Positions 59,943 through 64,000 of a DNA stretch of 64,000 bases are shown here, in pieces. Position 1 is the first letter of the stretch; every line of letters starts with the position of its first letter. The notes below the pieces were generated by a model that ran no database searches, was not told the origin of the DNA, and worked only from the letters and a program-made list of their open reading frames with translations. This DNA comes from Candidatus Lustribacter sp. (lineage in GTDB: Bacteria > Vulcanimicrobiota > Vulcanimicrobiia > Vulcanimicrobiales > Vulcanimicrobiaceae). A program made the translations under genes and the position numbers. The stretch covers positions 384,001 to 448,000 of the forward strand of contig OZ255842.1 in NCBI GenBank assembly GCA_965277805.1, written 5' to 3'.

Positions 59943-62450
59943 ATGCATGTCTGGCCGCGCGCTCGAGTCAGGTTCGTTACGCTCGTGATCGCGTTGACGG
60001 TCGTTGCGATCGCCATCAACGTTCCGGGCTTCGTCATGCACGCACGGCACGTCTATGGAATCAACGGAATAGTTCTGAGCGGTAATCGGGTCGTCGGCCT
60101 CTTGAAGCGCGGCGGAGCGCCGAACCAATTCAGGGTCGGGGACGTCGTCCTGCTGGACCAGGTGCCGATCGGCGATCGCTATGAAATGGGCCAGTTCTCG
60201 CGCCTGGGTCCAATCGCGAAGACGGTACGCATACCGGTGTTGAGAAACGGCAGGCCGGTAACCGTTCTTGAAAACTTCGTCTATGAACCGCGGCTCCTTG
60301 GCGATGCGCCCCTTGACGTTACGATCGACCTGATCGAGAAAACGTCCATTCTGTTGCTGGCATTGGTGGGCGCCGCACTCCTGCTGTTGTGCCCGTCACC
60401 CGTTTCGTGGACGTTTTTCTTCTACACCGCCGGCCTAGCCGTCTGGGACGGGCCGATGTTCTGGACGTTTCTGCCGGCGATTCCGTACATGATCGTCAGC
60501 TGGGTCGCCATCATCTACGCGTCCCTTGCGCCGATCATGTTCGCCCTCTTCGCACTGCGCCTGACAGATATCCTCAAGCCGGCCGTGCGCCTCCTGGCAG
60601 AGCGTATCGTCGTCGTGGCCGGGCTCGCATACCTGATCTTTCCAGCGATCGAAACGGTGCTGGTCTTTACGAAGCCGGTCGGCGAATTCTACTATACCGT
60701 TTCATTTGCGTTTGTAATTGCGCTGCTGGCCGGTGCCACAGCAGTCTTTATCGTGGCGGCGTTTCGCACCGCACGCACCGGCACAGGCGTGCCCGTAGCA
60801 GCATCGCTCTGCTTCGCCGGCGCGGGCCTGACGCTACTCCTGCACCTCTTCACGGGACTTTTTCTCAACTTCGATAGTGCGCTGCTCAATACGATGCTGC
60901 CGGTATTCGAGGCATCGTTGTACTTCCCACTCTCACTAGCGGGAATATTCATTATCGTCCGTTCCCGAACGATCGACATCAAGCTCACGATTTCGCGAAC
61001 CGCAGCGTTTGCATTTCTCAGCTACGCGGTCATCGCAGTCATTGTCGCGGCGAACTGGACATTTGCTCGGCACCTCGCCGACTATTCGTTCTTGATCCCG
61101 CTGCAGCTCATTTTTGCCGTGTGGCTCGGTTACCGGTTGAGCGGCTTGGGGGACTTGTCGCGTACGTTCGCGCTGGCAACATCGGAAGCGACCGCGGCAC
61201 GTTTAAGCGGTGACCTCACCGCCGAGCAGCAGCTTCTCACCAAAGGATTAGCCGCGGCCGAACTCACTCGCAAGGCAACTCTCGTCGCGGAAGTGCATGC
61301 TCGCATGGCCTTCAGCGCTTGGCTCGACGGCGACGAGAACCGGCGCGATACCCATCTGCAGGCGCTTGAAGCGGCAATCGGCGAGACTCGCTCCCGCGGA
61401 TTGCGCTTCTACTTGGCTGCGGCACGCAACCAACTGGATGAGATCGAACCATCCGATTCAGATCTGGCGGAATGGATTGCCCGCGGTTACCTCATCGCAA
61501 GTGCCAAAGCGAAGGACGCCGCCGAGTCCTTGCTGCTGGCACGCGAAGCGAAGCATGCTGCAGAACAAAGCGGTCAGCATTTCTTGACGGCTCTCGCACT
61601 CATCGCCAACGCCGAACTAAATCCCTCGGCGAGCGTCGAAAAGATGCGCGAACGCGCAGAAGAACTCGCGCGCGAGTTGGCATCCGAACCATTCCGAAAC
61701 CTCGTCCGAGCGTACTTCGATGGATCGGACAACCTCGGCATGCTGGAACCGTTCGTCCGCAGGTTCAAACCATCGGTCCACGCGCCGCCTGTGCTCGAAG
61801 TAGCATTTTCTCGCGCGGAGGTTCGCGTCTCGGACGTACCAGTCGCGTTACGCGAAGCGGAGCGCGCTCTGCTGTTCGCGATCGCGTACCGGCCCGGGCC
61901 GGTTTCGAGCGACGCACTCGCCGATGAGCTTTGGCCGGACCGGGACGGCGACGTAGCGAAAAATGCACTGCGCGTGTGCATGCACCGCCTACGGCGTGCC
62001 CTCGGGCCGGAAGAATGTGTTTTGCGCAGGGATAACGGATACGCGTTGCGCACCGACGCGTCCGTCGATCTTCATGAGATGCCGAAAGTACAGCGTTCCA
62101 TCACCTTCCCCCTAACACCGAGCCAGCGATCCCGCATGGCTGCCGTATTCGAAACGCTCCAAGCAACGGAAGATCTTCGTGCTGCGGCAGGCAGCTGGTT
62201 TTCCCGCTACGCCTCCGACATTCTGACACGTTACAACGCCTATGCGCTCACGCTCTGCCGGGACGCTTTGCGTCGCGGTGCACCTGATGAAGCGCTCGGA
62301 TTCGTGCGGTCCGTCCTTAAAAGCGACCCGAGCGATGCCGAGGCCTGCGAGCTCCGAAATACCGCGAATGATATGATCCGGCAACGCGGCGCTTCGAGGC
62401 GCGGCGACCCGGTCACCCGACCAAGTCGAATTCGAACAATGATGCGATGA
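59943..62450 (+). CDS. Multi-TM membrane protein fused to a SARP-like wHTH/BTAD output domain
   Basis: N-terminal TM helix, PDZ-like loop, several TM helices; LADELWPD...NALRVCMHRLRRALG; TPR-like tail. Confidence 0.75.
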   Translation: MHVWPRARVRFVTLVIALTVVAIAINVPGFVMHARHVYGINGIVLSGNRVVGLLKRGGAPNQFRVGDVVLLDQVPIGDRYEMGQFSRLGPIAKTVRIPVLRNGRPVTVLENFVYEPRLLGDAPLDVTIDLIEKTSILLLALVGAALLLLCPSPVSWTFFFYTAGLAVWDGPMFWTFLPAIPYMIVSWVAIIYASLAPIMFALFALRLTDILKPAVRLLAERIVVVAGLAYLIFPAIETVLVFTKPVGEFYYTVSFAFVIALLAGATAVFIVAAFRTARTGTGVPVAASLCFAGAGLTLLLHLFTGLFLNFDSALLNTMLPVFEASLYFPLSLAGIFIIVRSRTIDIKLTISRTAAFAFLSYAVIAVIVAANWTFARHLADYSFLIPLQLIFAVWLGYRLSGLGDLSRTFALATSEATAARLSGDLTAEQQLLTKGLAAAELTRKATLVAEVHARMAFSAWLDGDENRRDTHLQALEAAIGETRSRGLRFYLAAARNQLDEIEPSDSDLAEWIARGYLIASAKAKDAAESLLLAREAKHAAEQSGQHFLTALALIANAELNPSASVEKMRERAEELARELASEPFRNLVRAYFDGSDNLGMLEPFVRRFKPSVHAPPVLEVAFSRAEVRVSDVPVALREAERALLFAIAYRPGPVSSDALADELWPDRDGDVAKNALRVCMHRLRRALGPEECVLRRDNGYALRTDASVDLHEMPKVQRSITFPLTPSQRSRMAAVFETLQATEDLRAAAGSWFSRYASDILTRYNAYALTLCRDALRRGAPDEALGFVRSVLKSDPSDAEACELRNTANDMIRQRGASRRGDPVTRPSRIRTMMR

Positions 62451-62952
62451 TGGCGGCCATTCGCGGGTCGACCGACCACAGGCGAGAGCGCGTGGCGCGC
62501 GGCCAAAGCGAGTGCGGATCGTTGACCTCGACGAACGCGCGGACGCACTCGGCGAAGTATTCATCGCACGCGCTGGCAGCATAGGGCGTAACGAATGCGG
62601 TGGCTCCCGCGAAGGCGCGGCGGATGCGCGGGTCGACCCCGCTGAGATACACGCCGCCGCCCAACGCGCAGTCGAGCGCGTGTGCGAACTCGTGCGCAAT
62701 CGTCATTGGGCTCAAGCTGCGCAGGTAGATCGTCCGTTCCTCGACCACGAACAAGCCCGCCGGTGGGATCGGCCAGCCGTCAACGCCCGCAACGATGCGT
62801 CGTAAGACCGGAGAGCGATCGCCGAAGCGTTCGCCTTCACCGAGTACGGTAATGCGGATGCCGGCGCGTTCGGCAACGGCGATCGCGCCCGGGCCGAACC
62901 GCTGGAGTACTGCCTCGACGGCGGCGGCATGCGGGGGCGCGGCTTCGATCAT
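62413..62952 (-). CDS. Zinc metallopeptidase of the anthrax lethal factor-like (ATLF) fold
   Basis: HEFAHALD, PYA...EYFAE and DP motifs. Confidence 0.72.
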   Translation of the reverse strand: MIEAAPPHAAAVEAVLQRFGPGAIAVAERAGIRITVLGEGERFGDRSPVLRRIVAGVDGWPIPPAGLFVVEERTIYLRSLSPMTIAHEFAHALDCALGGGVYLSGVDPRIRRAFAGATAFVTPYAASACDEYFAECVRAFVEVNDPHSLWPRATRSRLWSVDPRMAAIIASLFEFDLVG

Positions 62953-63086
62953 CCGGCCTACGATACGCGCCTGCCATTACGCTACGATGTCCGAACTATT
63001 GCCTAGTCACCCGTCAGTTGCGAGCGTATTGCGCTCCCGCGTGCGCGATGATCGACGTACTAGGTCCGCGGCGGAGGCGCACGTTG

Positions 63087-63845
63087 TCAGCGTACCGTCA
63101 TTCCGCCATCGACACGATAGTTTGCGCCGGTTATGAACTTGCCGCGATCCGACGCGAGTAACGCAACGACTTCAGCGACGTCCTCGGTGCCGCCGAGACG
63201 GGCCAGCGGAATATTGCGAACCCAGTCATCGGAAGAAAATCCTGGAGTCGTCTTGGCAAACTCGGCGGACCCCGGCGTCGCGATGACGCCGGGCGACACG
63301 ACGTTCACACGGATCCCGCTCGGCGCAAGTTCCGTCGCGAGTGTGCGGGAGTAGTACTCGAGCGCAGCCTTTGCGGCGCCATAGTGCACAGAGGGCGCAA
63401 ACGGGATCGTCGCTGCCGCCGAAGAGATGTTTACGACGGCTGCAGCCTTCGACGCACGAAGCGCCGGGAGAAGGGCGTTCGTAAGGCGGATTGCGGCGAA
63501 AAGGTTGAGCGCGAAGCTCTCATTCCAGGCCGTCTCGGGTATCGTCCACGATCCACCGAGGAACGCGCCTCCACCGCCCGCATTGTTCACGAGAATGTCG
63601 AGACCGCCAACCGCCGCAAGCGCCTGCTTCGCGATTGCGTCCACGCCCTCGATCGTCGTGACATCGCCGGAAACGAACGTCGCCCCCGCGGGTGTTTCGT
63701 CGTTACGCGAACGCGCGGCGACGACGACTTTTGCGCCGGCATCAAGCAGGCGCTGCGTGATGGCGGCGCCGATGCCTTTGGTGCCGCCGGTGACGAGTGC
63801 GCGGCGACCGATGAGTTCTTTCGAGAGATCAAGTTTATTTGCCAT
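63087..63845 (-). CDS. SDR family oxidoreductase
   Basis: TGGTKGIG, NNAG, YGAAK and VDGG motifs. Confidence 0.95.
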   Translation of the reverse strand: MANKLDLSKELIGRRALVTGGTKGIGAAITQRLLDAGAKVVVAARSRNDETPAGATFVSGDVTTIEGVDAIAKQALAAVGGLDILVNNAGGGGAFLGGSWTIPETAWNESFALNLFAAIRLTNALLPALRASKAAAVVNISSAAATIPFAPSVHYGAAKAALEYYSRTLATELAPSGIRVNVVSPGVIATPGSAEFAKTTPGFSSDDWVRNIPLARLGGTEDVAEVVALLASDRGKFITGANYRVDGGMTVR

Positions 63846-63880
63846 GGGATATTCCTACGAAGATGCGTCCACCTAGACGA

Positions 63881-63909
63881 TTGTAGATTCACGACACGCG
63901 TCGTATAAT
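63881..63909 (+). promoter_or_regulatory. Sigma70 promoter divergent from the SDR gene
   Basis: TTGTAG-17 bp-TATAAT, 6 nt before the ATG at 63916. Confidence 0.65.
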
Positions 63910-63915
63910 CGAGCT

Positions 63916-64000
63916 ATGTCGCATATGATACGGCCGTCCGAACCGCCGGTCAACCAACAAACTGGCACGAATGTTGCTTATCTGGCGAAACTGAGAGATT
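63916..64000 (+). CDS. N-terminus of an unknown gene (possibly a regulator), runs off the window
   Basis: Open frame MSHMIRPSEPPVNQQTG... after a strong promoter. Confidence 0.4.
   Translation, partial: MSHMIRPSEPPVNQQTGTNVAYLAKLRD

Noticed and set aside
57670-63000. Mobile element or genomic island boundaries
   Set aside because: Composition looks atypical, but I saw no integrase, transposase, tRNA or flanking direct repeats.

Overview
High-GC bacterial chromosomal window. The gene content (Terrabacteria-like core clusters, a TonB domain, many paralogous SsuA/NMT1-type binding proteins) suggests Vulcanimicrobiota/Eremiobacterota, but this is inference only. I found no tRNA, rRNA, CRISPR array, transposase or prophage. 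In order, the window holds: an M3 peptidase tail and a Rieske oxygenase; a molybdate locus (two modA paralogs, modE, ModE boxes); an arsenic operon (arsR, aquaporin, arsC, frameshifted SMR-like gene); an aldolase/decarboxylase-like/ABC cluster; hom; GerMN-amidase-murI; dxs-secG-oppDF; a histone-H1-like gene divergent from topA-trmFO-hslVU; a HiPIP; a complete shikimate superoperon led by a prephenate dehydratase-ACT-DAHP synthase fusion; a two-component system; def-fmt-rsmB-fhaA-FHA-PP2C-(hppD/lrp)-ftsW; leuA; catabolic and transport genes; and an accessory end with small secreted proteins and a membrane-anchored SARP-like regulator. The strongest unannotated signal is three leader-peptide attenuators that the ORF track does not call as such. 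A Phe/Tyr/Trp leader precedes the whole shikimate operon, an Ile/Met/Thr leader precedes hom, and a Leu leader precedes leuA. Each has an intrinsic terminator, and the first two have clear antiterminators. Other highlights are a PP2C pseudophosphatase, a probable CTG start for fmt, and recurrent leaderless promoter architecture.
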